Assembly: GCA_005222975.1 (NCBI GenBank)
Contig: NJBI01000001.1
Coordinates: 32,001-96,000, forward strand
From: Promethearchaeota archaeon Loki_b31
GTDB lineage: Archaea > Asgardarchaeota > Lokiarchaeia > Sigyniarchaeales > SOKP01
DNA: 64,000 bases
Direction: 5' to 3'
The position numbers and the translations under genes were made by a program. Below are positions 38,430 through 48,032 of the stretch, piece after piece; position 1 is the first letter of the stretch, and each line of letters opens with the position of its first letter. Below the pieces are notes generated by a model. The model saw only the letters and a program-made list of their open reading frames with translations, did no database searches and was not told the origin of the DNA.

Positions 38430-39848
38430 TTGAAGTTAGAAATGGAATTAAACGATTCTCATCAATCTTATAATAAATTAATTTGGCCAGTATATTTACT
38501 CAACGGATTTAATAGTATAGCATTTGCGGGCATAATTATTCTAATGGTACCATTGTCTTCGCTTATTTGGCCAGGAGAAGATTATCACGCGCTAGAGATG
38601 GGAATTTTAATGACCACACTTTTATGGACTTCTTCTCTGTCAGGTTTATTCCTTGGTAGGCTTATTGATAAGTATTCACGAGTAAAAATCTTATTAATTA
38701 TATCCATTGCCAGAAGTTTTTGCATGATTATGCTCGGGTTCGCTATTGCCGGTCAAGGTATACTGACATGGTGGTATTTTTTTTTATTTGTTCTAATTTT
38801 TGCTCTCTTTGCTGGAGGAAGTTATCCTGCCATAGTTTCACTATCTAACGATATTGTTCCAATAAAACATCGCTCTAAATTCTTTGGATATTTTGGTATT
38901 TTTGGATCCGTCTTTATGATGCTTGGTTTTCTAATATCTGGTGCTCTAGTGCAGTTTGGGTATTGGAGATTATATTTTTTAAGTATAGGAATTGCGGTTC
39001 TTCTTTCGGGCTTAATATTTTTTTTTTATGTTAAGGAACCAAAAAGGGGTGTTCAAAGCATTTTATTACGAGATGTACTTAAAGATCGATCGATTGAATA
39101 TGATTTTAAGAGGGATAAAGAATTAATGCGTAGAACTATGCTATCTCGCACTAATATTGCAGCTTTAATTGAGGGAATATTTACCAATGTATTTATGGGA
39201 AGTTTGGATATGATTATTTTACCTTATTTACAAACCCCTCCACATAATCTCTCTCCACTAATAACAGGATTATTTGTCGTTATTTTTGGAGTTATTGGAC
39301 GCGTTATAGGGCAAATTTTACTCGCTCGAGTGTCAGATAAGTTAGCAGAGAAAAATGATGTAAGAAGGATTGTTTTTATAATATTTTCTTTAGTAGGAGG
39401 GTAAATTACTTTTGTTTTAATGTTTTTCGTACCATTGCCTTTTTTAACGCCTGAAGAAGGAGCAAACATCGTTCTATTCTTTTCACTTCCTTTAACATAT
39501 GTAATGGGTATTTTAATTTTAAGTTCTGACGCTATATCTTCTTTATACATGGTTAATCAACCACCGATCCTACAAGAAATAAATCTTCCAGAAGCTCAAG
39601 GCCAAATTGTTTCATGGAATCAATTCTTAGAGAATATCGGTTATGGTATGGGGCCTTTAATCGCAGGTATTTTCATATCCATTTTCGGACAGAATTATAA
39701 GATTAGTGCTGTGATAATAACTATTTTTGTAATTCCTGGTATAATTTTGTGGACATTGTCTTGTAATTGGTATACACAAGATAAAGAAAGAATTAGGACT
39801 ATACTAAGTGAACGAGCAACAATTTTGAAATCAAGAAATAAAAACTAA
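38430..39848 (+). pseudogene. MFS transporter with a single in-frame TAA at 39402-39404
   Basis: ORFs 38430-39404 and 39420-39848 are in the same frame. SLVGG*ITFVLMFF aligns with IIGGLFTFILFF of the upstream paralogue. Confidence 0.85.
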
Positions 39849-40027
39849 ATAAATGCTGAAACTGTTTTTAATATTTAATATTTCTTAAGAAAAATCGTGT
39901 GTTTCATTATAGACTAAATAATAATAAATTTTTGTTTTGAAAAACATTCAAATAATCTTAATGATATATTTATTGTTGTTGGTCTTTTGTTTAATTTTAA
40001 AAAATAAAACAAATTAAATTAGATAAA

Positions 40028-40579
40028 ATGAAGGAACCAGGCTCTGAAACACACCCGCTAAAATTTAAGGTCCCAATCTTCGGAGACGGGGGCGTAGGAA
40101 AAACTACCTTGACTCATCGCTTTCTTAATGGGGTTTTTAAAGAATCCTATCAACTAACGATTGGAATGGACTTTTTTCTAAAAAAAATTAAAATTAATGG
40201 AAAAAGTATTTCTTTGCAAATTTGGGATTTTGCTGGAGAAAAGAAATTTAGGTTTCTCTTACCCGGTGCTGTGATGGGGGCCAATGGAACCATATTAATG
40301 TTTGATTTAACTCGATATGTCACATTTAAAAATCTAACCGATTGGTTAGCTGCTATTAACGAAGCTAACGAAATACACGATCAAAAATTTATACCTATAC
40401 TTCTAGTTGGAAGCAAGCTCGATCTTGATGGAATGAGAACAGTTCCAAAAGAAGAGGCCATTAAATTTGCTAAACAGAATAATTTTATTGATTATATTGA
40501 ATGTTCTTCAAAAAGCGGTGAAAATGTTGAGGAATTGTTTGCAATAATTAGTAGAAGTATAGTCAAAAAACTAAAATAA
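40028..40579 (+). CDS. Rab-like small GTPase
   Basis: GDGGVGKT, TIG, WDFAGE, SKLD and SSK (G1-G5); no C-terminal Cys. Confidence 0.92.
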   Translation: MKEPGSETHPLKFKVPIFGDGGVGKTTLTHRFLNGVFKESYQLTIGMDFFLKKIKINGKSISLQIWDFAGEKKFRFLLPGAVMGANGTILMFDLTRYVTFKNLTDWLAAINEANEIHDQKFIPILLVGSKLDLDGMRTVPKEEAIKFAKQNNFIDYIECSSKSGENVEELFAIISRSIVKKLK

Positions 40580-40743
40580 TCCAAAATCATTCTGAATTTC
40601 TTTCCGTTTTAAGAAAAAAGAAAAAAGAAAGTATATATTATAAAATTTTTATACCCTCTATTAATTATTAAGAAGTAATGTTGTACGATTTCTATTTTTA
40701 ACAATAAATTAATACTTCAAAACTAAATTCTGATGGCAAAATT

Positions 40744-42357
40744 ATGAAATCTATGTACGAATTAAATGTTCCAATTCCGTCTAAACGCGCTTTAATTGTA
40801 AGGAATATCAAAGAAGTTTCTAAAGAGCAGAGAGAAGTTGCTTTGAAAAAGACAGAATATAGTATGTTTTCTTTTCCAGCAGATATGCTTGTTTTAGATT
40901 TTCTTTCTGATAGTGGAAGTTCATCAATGACAGATTTACAGTGGGCTGCTCTTTTTCACGGAGATGAATCTTATGGGCGTAACAAAGGATATTATGTTCT
41001 TCTTGATGCTATTAGAGATACTTTTGAAAGGGGAAATGAGCCAAAAAACGCCATAAACTTAATTCTTTCTGGAGAAACCAATGTAAAAAAATTAATGGAC
41101 GAGTTATATCTTACATCGTTCGAAGGAGGTTTTGTTAACGGGGGAATTCATCAGCTGACTCGCCCTAACGCGTTTTTAGTACCCCAAGGTCGTTGTGCGG
41201 AACATTTGTTATTTTCCACTATTGCTCCAATTCTAAAAGAAAAGAGCCCAAATAAAGAATTCTTCATCTTTAACAACGGACACTTCGATACAACTGAAGC
41301 TAATATTGCCGCAAATGGACTCCATCCAATAAATCTATTCTCAGCAAACTTATTGGAAGATTTTCCTCCTGATCAAATGGATATTAAAAACCCTTTCAAG
41401 GGAAATATGGATAGTGAAAAACTGGAATCTTTTATCCAAAAAAAGGGAGCTGATAGCATCCCATTAATATATTTAACTATTACCAATAATACTGCCGCAG
41501 GTCAACCCGTTTCAATGAATAACATTAAAACAATTAACGAAATCGCACATCGCTCTGGAATTCCGCTTTTTTTAGATGCTTGCAGATTTGCTGAAAACGC
41601 TTTTTTCATTAAGGAATTCGAAGAAGGGTATAATAACATTAGCATTTTAAAAATAGTTCGAGAGATGTTTTCTTACGTTGATGGTTTTACTATAAGTTTT
41701 AAAAAAGATGGACTTGCTAACATAGGTGGGGGTTTATTTTTTAGAGATCAAGGAGTATTTTACAAAAAATTCTCGACTAACGGGAATATTGGGATTAAAT
41801 TAAAAGAAAAACAAATCCTTACATTTGGGAACGACTCGTATGGGGGATTATCAGGTCGGGACATTATGGCTTTAGCAGTAGGTTTATATGAAGTTGTTAA
41901 AGAACCATATCTGGCTGAGAGGATTCGCCAAGTTCGAGAATTTGCGCGAAAACTAACTGAAAATGGAGTACCTGTTGTGCTTCCTGCGGGCGGTCACGCT
42001 GTCTATATTAATATGGATAAATTCTTTAAGGGGACAGATATGAAGGTGGATGATTTTGGTGGCGTTGGATTCGGTATAGAACTCTTAAGACACTACGGAA
42101 TTAGAGCCTGTGAATTAGGACCTTTTGCGTTTGAGTGGGATAAGAAAACGCCAGAACAACGAAAAAGTATCTTAAATTTAGTTCGATTTGCGGTACCTAG
42201 AAACACCTATGGGCCTTCTCATATTAATTACGCAGTCGCAGCTGTAACCGAACTTTACCGCAATCGAGAAAAAATTCCGAAAGTAAGAGTTTCTCGTGGT
42301 GTTAACTTAAAATTGCGCCACTTTCAATCAGGACTACAACCTATTTACAACGATTAA
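40744..42357 (+). CDS. tnaA: Tryptophanase / tyrosine phenol-lyase family beta-eliminating lyase
   Basis: DFLSDSG, GDESY, QGR, HFDTT, TNNTAAGQPVS, SFKKD (PLP Lys), YGGLSGRD and LRHF motifs. Confidence 0.85.
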   Translation: MKSMYELNVPIPSKRALIVRNIKEVSKEQREVALKKTEYSMFSFPADMLVLDFLSDSGSSSMTDLQWAALFHGDESYGRNKGYYVLLDAIRDTFERGNEPKNAINLILSGETNVKKLMDELYLTSFEGGFVNGGIHQLTRPNAFLVPQGRCAEHLLFSTIAPILKEKSPNKEFFIFNNGHFDTTEANIAANGLHPINLFSANLLEDFPPDQMDIKNPFKGNMDSEKLESFIQKKGADSIPLIYLTITNNTAAGQPVSMNNIKTINEIAHRSGIPLFLDACRFAENAFFIKEFEEGYNNISILKIVREMFSYVDGFTISFKKDGLANIGGGLFFRDQGVFYKKFSTNGNIGIKLKEKQILTFGNDSYGGLSGRDIMALAVGLYEVVKEPYLAERIRQVREFARKLTENGVPVVLPAGGHAVYINMDKFFKGTDMKVDDFGGVGFGIELLRHYGIRACELGPFAFEWDKKTPEQRKSILNLVRFAVPRNTYGPSHINYAVAAVTELYRNREKIPKVRVSRGVNLKLRHFQSGLQPIYND

Positions 42358-42457
42358 ATCTAAGAACATCTTACAAATATAATCTAACAATAAAATAGCT
42401 TAGAAACTCATCTCATTCCATTGAAAAAAGAATTGATGATAATTTGTATAAATCAAA

Positions 42458-42778
42458 TTAAATTTCTAGCGTTCTTAACCTTTGAGAAATGTTTTTTCTT
42501 CTTAGAATCTTCATAAAATCGTCTTCATTTTGTTTTAATCGGCTAAGGAACATATCTAACTTGTCAAAATTATTAAACCAATGTTCTTCTCCATTTGCTA
42601 TGATTTTTACGCCCTTCTTATCGTTGTTGTCGACAATTGCGTAAATTCCTCCTATTTCAGAGTCATGTTTTATAAAGATCTTTTTGCCTACTAAATTATT
42701 ACCTTTTTCATTACCCTTTTTAGCCCAGAATTGATTCTTAAGAAGATAACTTCTGTACATACTCAATTTTTCACACAC
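42458..42778 (-). CDS. Hypothetical protein
   Basis: 106 aa ORF with protein-like composition. Confidence 0.5.
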   Translation of the reverse strand: MCEKLSMYRSYLLKNQFWAKKGNEKGNNLVGKKIFIKHDSEIGGIYAIVDNNDKKGVKIIANGEEHWFNNFDKLDMFLSRLKQNEDDFMKILRRKNISQRLRTLEI

Positions 42779-43188
42779 ACGACCTTAATTTTGATATATT
42801 TCTCACGAGTCATCGTGATATAGCTACTAATGACCCTTTAAGTAGTATCTAAATAATATAAGTTATATGCGATTAAAGATTGATGTGTTATCCGTATTAT
42901 ATCCACATATTACGCGAATTTTAATTCACGATTAAAAGATTTACTCATATTATTCAAATACACTATGATCAAAAATTCACCAAATTAGTATTTAAATAAC
43001 AAAGTAAACAGGGAAGCACCATTTACTGAAAAAAAAAAACCTTAGGTTATATAAGAAAAATTTCCATTGCAAGTTTGTAATATAGCAACGATATTCTTCT
43101 ATAAAAAAACCATTTAAAAATTCGCTTAAATTATTGTTACTTAAGAGTTGAAAAAGAAGATTAGGGATAAGAGAGGTATACATTAATA

Positions 43189-43488
43189 ATGGTAGTATGT
43201 GAATGTGATTTCTATATGAATATTTTTGACGATTTTCTACTAGCTAAAAACGACGAAAACCAAAAAATCATGTGGAAAATGCGCACAATAATCGATTTAA
43301 TGAAGATTACGAACGGACAAGACGATAACGGATTCATGGAAAACGCACTAAGAATGATTATGCTAATCTCCAATCATTATATTATGACTCCCTGTGAACT
43401 TGAGCGTAATTATTTTGTCAACGCACCATTTGATGAAAAAGAAGAATTGAAAACTGTTTTAAAAGAAGAATTTATTCGATCTCTATGA
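43189..43488 (+). CDS. Hypothetical protein
   Basis: 99 aa ORF preceded by GAGAGGT. Confidence 0.6.
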   Translation: MVVCECDFYMNIFDDFLLAKNDENQKIMWKMRTIIDLMKITNGQDDNGFMENALRMIMLISNHYIMTPCELERNYFVNAPFDEKEELKTVLKEEFIRSL

Positions 43489-43491
43489 AAT

Positions 43492-43998
43492 TTATTTAAA
43501 TTCCTTTTCAAATTTCCAAACACTGTCTTGTATCGTGTGAAGGTTGAATAAAACTTTCCCTGATTTCATTTTTTCCATGCTCTGGGCGTTGTATATGGCT
43601 TTACAAATTGCTAAAGCTCGATCATGAGTTTCATCTACAACTACAACAATCTCGTCTTTCTTTATAGAATGATCGATTTTTGTTATTCCAGGACGCATGA
43701 TATCTGCTCCATTCGCGACATAGCGAATAGCTCCCTTATCAACGGTAATTTTTTTCAAATCGACCTGTTTGTTAAGAAGTAGAGTTAAAACAGGAATATA
43801 TCCATCTTTAGATTTCCAGAGTTTTAAGACGCTATTTATGGCGTATAAGGTGTCTCCGGCATCCGTTTGGATAACCTCGACTCGAGCTTTTTTAGGAAAA
43901 ATTTGGTTCAGGAATTTCTCGTCGTAATGCTTCAAAACGTCTTCCTGTAGCTCTTTTATCTGCGATTTTTGAATAAAGTGCCTTTGTTTAATATTCAT
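43492..43998 (-). CDS. PUA-domain RNA-binding protein (MCT-1/Tma20-like, DUF1947+PUA)
   Basis: VDKGAIRYVANGADIMRPGI and LHTIQD motifs. Confidence 0.9.
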   Translation of the reverse strand: MNIKQRHFIQKSQIKELQEDVLKHYDEKFLNQIFPKKARVEVIQTDAGDTLYAINSVLKLWKSKDGYIPVLTLLLNKQVDLKKITVDKGAIRYVANGADIMRPGITKIDHSIKKDEIVVVVDETHDRALAICKAIYNAQSMEKMKSGKVLFNLHTIQDSVWKFEKEFK

Positions 43999-44069
43999 AG
44001 TTAATTAACTTAAAAAAGATTATCAAATAAAAACCTTTTATATCCCCGTGTTTATATTAACATTAATTT

Positions 44070-44609
44070 ATGACTAAAGTTAATTCATCGGCAGTAGTCA
44101 TCATCCCTCCAAAAAAAATTTGGGAGCCAATTCAAGAAATTCGAAGGATTTACGATAGACAAATTCGTAGATGGATGCCTCACATCACTTTACTATATCC
44201 CTTTCGACCTGAATCCGAATATAATACTTTAGAGAGTCTGTTCTCAACGATATGCAAAAAAATAAAATCGTTTGAGATTATATTTAGTAAGTTTAAATAT
44301 TTCAATCATGGAAAACAGACGTATACCCTTTGGTTGGCTCCCGAGCCTGAATCTTTAATTATTGACTTCCAGTATAAGCTTTTGGCAATTATTACAGACT
44401 GCAATAATGTAAATTTACACAAAAACGGTTTTACTCCTCATTTAAGCGTAGGACAAATTGAAGGGAAAAAAAGACTAATAGAGGTTATAGAAACTCTTCA
44501 AAGGAATTGGAGTCAATTAAAATTCACGATAAATTCAATTTATTTTATCGCAAGAGAGAAACAGAAACTATCGAAATTTGAAGTTAAAAAGACTTTTTTG
44601 TTAAACTAA
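44070..44609 (+). CDS. 2H phosphoesterase (2'-5' RNA ligase superfamily)
   Basis: Two HxT/S motifs: PHITL and PHLSV. Confidence 0.88.
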   Translation: MTKVNSSAVVIIPPKKIWEPIQEIRRIYDRQIRRWMPHITLLYPFRPESEYNTLESLFSTICKKIKSFEIIFSKFKYFNHGKQTYTLWLAPEPESLIIDFQYKLLAIITDCNNVNLHKNGFTPHLSVGQIEGKKRLIEVIETLQRNWSQLKFTINSIYFIAREKQKLSKFEVKKTFLLN

Positions 44610-44667
44610 GAATTAGTTTATCAAAATATATTTGAAAATGAGTTGAGATAAAAAAATTAATTCATTT

Positions 44668-45237
44668 TTAGTTCTCTTTGTACTTGAAAACTAATTCTGC
44701 TATTTTCTGAAACACTTCTTTTACGGTATCCCCCGTAAGAGCCGAGGTTTCGAAATAAGGCGCGTTGAGCTTTTCGCTTAGATGCTCTGCCATGGGCAAT
44801 ATGATTTTACGCTCGTCTTTCAAATCTACTTTATTTCCTATTAAGATTCGAGGGACGTTACTGAGCCCAAATTTTTCAGCTGAAGAGTACCAATTAGTAA
44901 TGTTGGAAAAAGTGCTAGACCGTGTCATGTCATATACCAGAATCATACCATCCGCCCCATTAAAGTAGGGGCGATGTAACATATAGAACTGTGGTTGTCC
45001 CGCTACCTCCCAGAACATCAAGTTAATTGTAGCGTTGTTCTCCTTCAATTCAATTGGTTCCTTTACAATATTAACACCGACTGTGGGCAAATAAACCTCC
45101 TCAAACTTATTGGTGGCAAATTTCGTAAGAAGGCTGGTTTTCCCAACAGAAGGGTCACCAATAACAATTACTTTATATATCGATTCAGTCCTCCCCTCAA
45201 AAAATAATCCTCCTTCTTCTCTCTTGTTATTACTCAT
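44668..45237 (-). CDS. Rab-like small GTPase, tandem copy A (G3 Asp replaced by Glu)
   Basis: GDPSVGKT, PTVG, WEVAGQ, NKVD and ETSA. Confidence 0.92.
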   Translation of the reverse strand: MSNNKREEGGLFFEGRTESIYKVIVIGDPSVGKTSLLTKFATNKFEEVYLPTVGVNIVKEPIELKENNATINLMFWEVAGQPQFYMLHRPYFNGADGMILVYDMTRSSTFSNITNWYSSAEKFGLSNVPRILIGNKVDLKDERKIILPMAEHLSEKLNAPYFETSALTGDTVKEVFQKIAELVFKYKEN

Positions 45238-45419
45238 TTGAATTCTGAACCTTTGTGATTTTAATTTTGAATAGTTATAATAAATATGAAGTACATCTAT
45301 ATAATTTTTAATAATTTACTTTAAAACTATTTAAGTTTAAGTTTGAAACACTCCAAAGGAATTTGATTTGCTTCTACGAAAAAGATTTGAAAAAGAGCAA
45401 CGATAAAAAAATAATTTTA

Positions 45420-45992
45420 TTAATAGTTCTCTTTGTACTTGAAAACTAATTCTCCTATTTTTTGAAACACTTCTTTTACGGTTTCCCCCGTAAGAGCTGA
45501 GGTTTCGAAATAAGGCGCGTTGAGTTTTTCGCTTAGATGCTCTGCCATGGGCAATATGATTTTACGCTCGTCTTTTAAATCTATTTTATTTCCTATTAAG
45601 ATTCGTGGGATGCCACTAAGCCCATATTTTACGGCAGAATTGTACCAATTATTGATGTTAGAAAAAGTACTAGACCGCGTTATGTCAAATACTAGAATCA
45701 TACCATCCGCTCCGTTAAAGTAAGGACGATGTAACATATAGAACTGCGGTTGTCCCGCTACGTCCCAAAACATCAAATTAATTATAGCATTAAGACCCTC
45801 CAATTCAATGGGCTCTTTAACAATGGACACACCGACTGTGGGCAAATATTTTTCCTCAAATTGGTTTTTAGCGAATTTTGTAAGAAGGCTCGTCTTCCCA
45901 ACAGCGGGATCGCCAATAACAATTACTTTAAAAATGGATTCTGTTCGCCCTTGAAAAACTAAATTTCCTTCTTTCCTCTCGTTATTACTCAT
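45420..45992 (-). CDS. Rab-like small GTPase, tandem copy B
   Basis: GDPAVGKT, PTVG, WDVAGQ, NKID and ETSA. Confidence 0.93.
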   Translation of the reverse strand: MSNNERKEGNLVFQGRTESIFKVIVIGDPAVGKTSLLTKFAKNQFEEKYLPTVGVSIVKEPIELEGLNAIINLMFWDVAGQPQFYMLHRPYFNGADGMILVFDITRSSTFSNINNWYNSAVKYGLSGIPRILIGNKIDLKDERKIILPMAEHLSEKLNAPYFETSALTGETVKEVFQKIGELVFKYKENY

Positions 45993-46185
45993 TTGATTTC
46001 TAATCGTTTGTGATTTTAATTATAAATTGTTATTATAAATATGAAGTTCTTATTTATAATTTTTAACAATTTCCTTTTAAAATATTTAAGCTTAACGATT
46101 GAAAAAAGTAAGCATTAATAAGGAATTTATTGAGAAAGTTTAAGAGAATTATGAAAAATTTTTTTTTAAAGCTTTTTTTTAGATA

Positions 46186-46827
46186 TTAATTTTTTACCAT
46201 TAATTTGTTTATCCAAAATTCTATTTTTTCCTCTAAATATTTTTCAATACTCTCAGAGGATGAATTTTCTGCATCAAACAAATCTGATAACGATTTTGCA
46301 GAGTTTAAACGATTTGTGACTTGTGAGATTTCATAGAGTATTCTATGTCCGCCTGTGAATTCGAAGATTTCTTCTTTAATTTTCTCCAAAATTGATTTAA
46401 CGGCTTGAGGATCGTCGCTATCTTCTAAATCCGCTTTTAAATCGTTTAATTGGGATATTATAGATTCTTTCTTGTCTGTTGCAGATTCGTTTCTTTCTAT
46501 AACATCTTCTACGCCTTCTTTTTTAGAAGGACTTATGTTTATATTTATAATCAAGGATTTAATTAAGTCTAAATCTTTTTCTAAAATTTTCTGATTTTCA
46601 ATTACATTACTCAATTGAGGTATTAGACTTTTAATGTCAATAGTAGCCTTATCTAGCTCGTTAATTTTATCAGTTAGTTGTGTAATTTTCAAATTTGTCT
46701 GTCCCATTTTTGTTATAATATCTAAACCAAACTTTTCAAGTATTGAGGAGAAAGCGCCAATTTTCTCGTCGAACTCTTTAAAAGACTTAGACAAATCGTT
46801 TAATGTAAGGTCGTTAGGTTCTTCCAT
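46186..46827 (-). CDS. Coiled-coil protein with helical C-terminal domain
   Basis: Heptad-rich N-terminal ~95 aa, a linker and a helical C-terminal domain. Confidence 0.7.
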   Translation of the reverse strand: MEEPNDLTLNDLSKSFKEFDEKIGAFSSILEKFGLDIITKMGQTNLKITQLTDKINELDKATIDIKSLIPQLSNVIENQKILEKDLDLIKSLIININISPSKKEGVEDVIERNESATDKKESIISQLNDLKADLEDSDDPQAVKSILEKIKEEIFEFTGGHRILYEISQVTNRLNSAKSLSDLFDAENSSSESIEKYLEEKIEFWINKLMVKN

Positions 46828-47054
46828 GAGTTATCATCTTTTAAATTTTAATAAATTTGAAGAATAAGATTATTTTAATGTTTTTGATGAGAATGTTATA
46901 AAAAGATCAATTTTTTATAATAAATATAGTACATTAAAAATATAAATTCAAGTTTTTTCGATTATCAAGTTTTACAGCTTCAATTATGAGTCTTTATCAA
47001 GATAAATACAATAAGAGCGCATAAGCTCTTCACAACATAAACTATCGTGATTTT

Positions 47055-47939
47055 ATGATTCAATACATTAATATATTGACCCGAACTGGAAAATCTTTGC
47101 TATTCAGGAATTATGGTAGTTCTGATGTGGATAGAGACTTATTAGCGGGATTTTTAAGCGCTTTTTCGGGGTTTATGAAAGAAATAAGTCAAAGCGACAT
47201 AAAATCCACGGCTACAGACGAGTTTAAGTACTATTATACAATTATTGATGAGATTATAATTGTAGTATGCACGGATCTTGTGGATGATGACGCTGTAGTT
47301 AACTCGAAAATTACGACGATAAGAGCAAAGTTCATTGAAATGTATGGAGAACTTTTAGCGAGTGGTGATTGGACCGGAAATCGCGCTATTTTTACAAACT
47401 TTGAAAGAGAGATTGACGATACGATTCTTGGCTCTATAAAAGTATCTATTATAGGAATTGGAGGCGTTGGAAAATCTACGCTCCTACGCTTAATCTGTGG
47501 CAAAGAAGTCGATTTAGAATACGTTCCAACAATAAATGTTGACATAGCTTCTTTTAACGGAGAAGAACTTGATGTTCCTCGTTCAATTGTACTTTGGGAT
47601 TTTGCGGGGCAGAGCAATTATCGGTCTTTATGGAAAAGTTTATTGGATAATACTGACTTAGCTCTCCTAGTGCTTGATTCTAGTTTTGAGAATGTAAACT
47701 ATAGTAAAGATATTATTCGGGATATTTTAGATTTTTATTATAAGGATGTTTTAGTCATTGGAATCGCGAATAAACAAGATTTGCCAAATAGGTTAACACC
47801 TAAATTTTGTGAAAGGATATTGTCCGAAACGGAAAGGGACCCACCTATTAAAGTCCACGGAATGATTGCAATTAATCCCAATTATAGAGAGAAAATTCAC
47901 GCAATCTTAAGAGAAGCCATAAATAAAATTCTTAAATAA
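47055..47939 (+). CDS. Longin domain-small GTPase (Arf/Rag-like) fusion
   Basis: N-terminal MIQYINILTRTGKSLLFRNY...LLAGFLSAFSGF is longin-like. C-terminal part has GIGGVGKST, PT, WDFAGQ and NKQD. Confidence 0.85.
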   Translation: MIQYINILTRTGKSLLFRNYGSSDVDRDLLAGFLSAFSGFMKEISQSDIKSTATDEFKYYYTIIDEIIIVVCTDLVDDDAVVNSKITTIRAKFIEMYGELLASGDWTGNRAIFTNFEREIDDTILGSIKVSIIGIGGVGKSTLLRLICGKEVDLEYVPTINVDIASFNGEELDVPRSIVLWDFAGQSNYRSLWKSLLDNTDLALLVLDSSFENVNYSKDIIRDILDFYYKDVLVIGIANKQDLPNRLTPKFCERILSETERDPPIKVHGMIAINPNYREKIHAILREAINKILK

Positions 47940-48032
47940 GTCCCAACTTAAACCAAAAATCTGAGTGAAAACATAAAAAATTTAAGAATTTTATAATTAT
48001 TGGTTATTATCTGACAAGTAATTATAATTATA

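Larger units (their letters stand above)
44645..46100. repeat. Imperfect direct tandem duplication, unit about 750 bp (Rab-like gene plus upstream non-coding region)
   Basis: Coding sequences are near-identical, and upstream sequence is shared (tttgtgattttaatt...taaatatgaagt...tataattttta at about 45252-45310 and 46006-46063). Boundaries are approximate. Confidence 0.85.

Noticed and set aside
42992-43183. 63-aa minus-strand ORF
   Set aside because: Low-complexity F/L/N-rich translation of an AT-rich promoter region; probably spurious.
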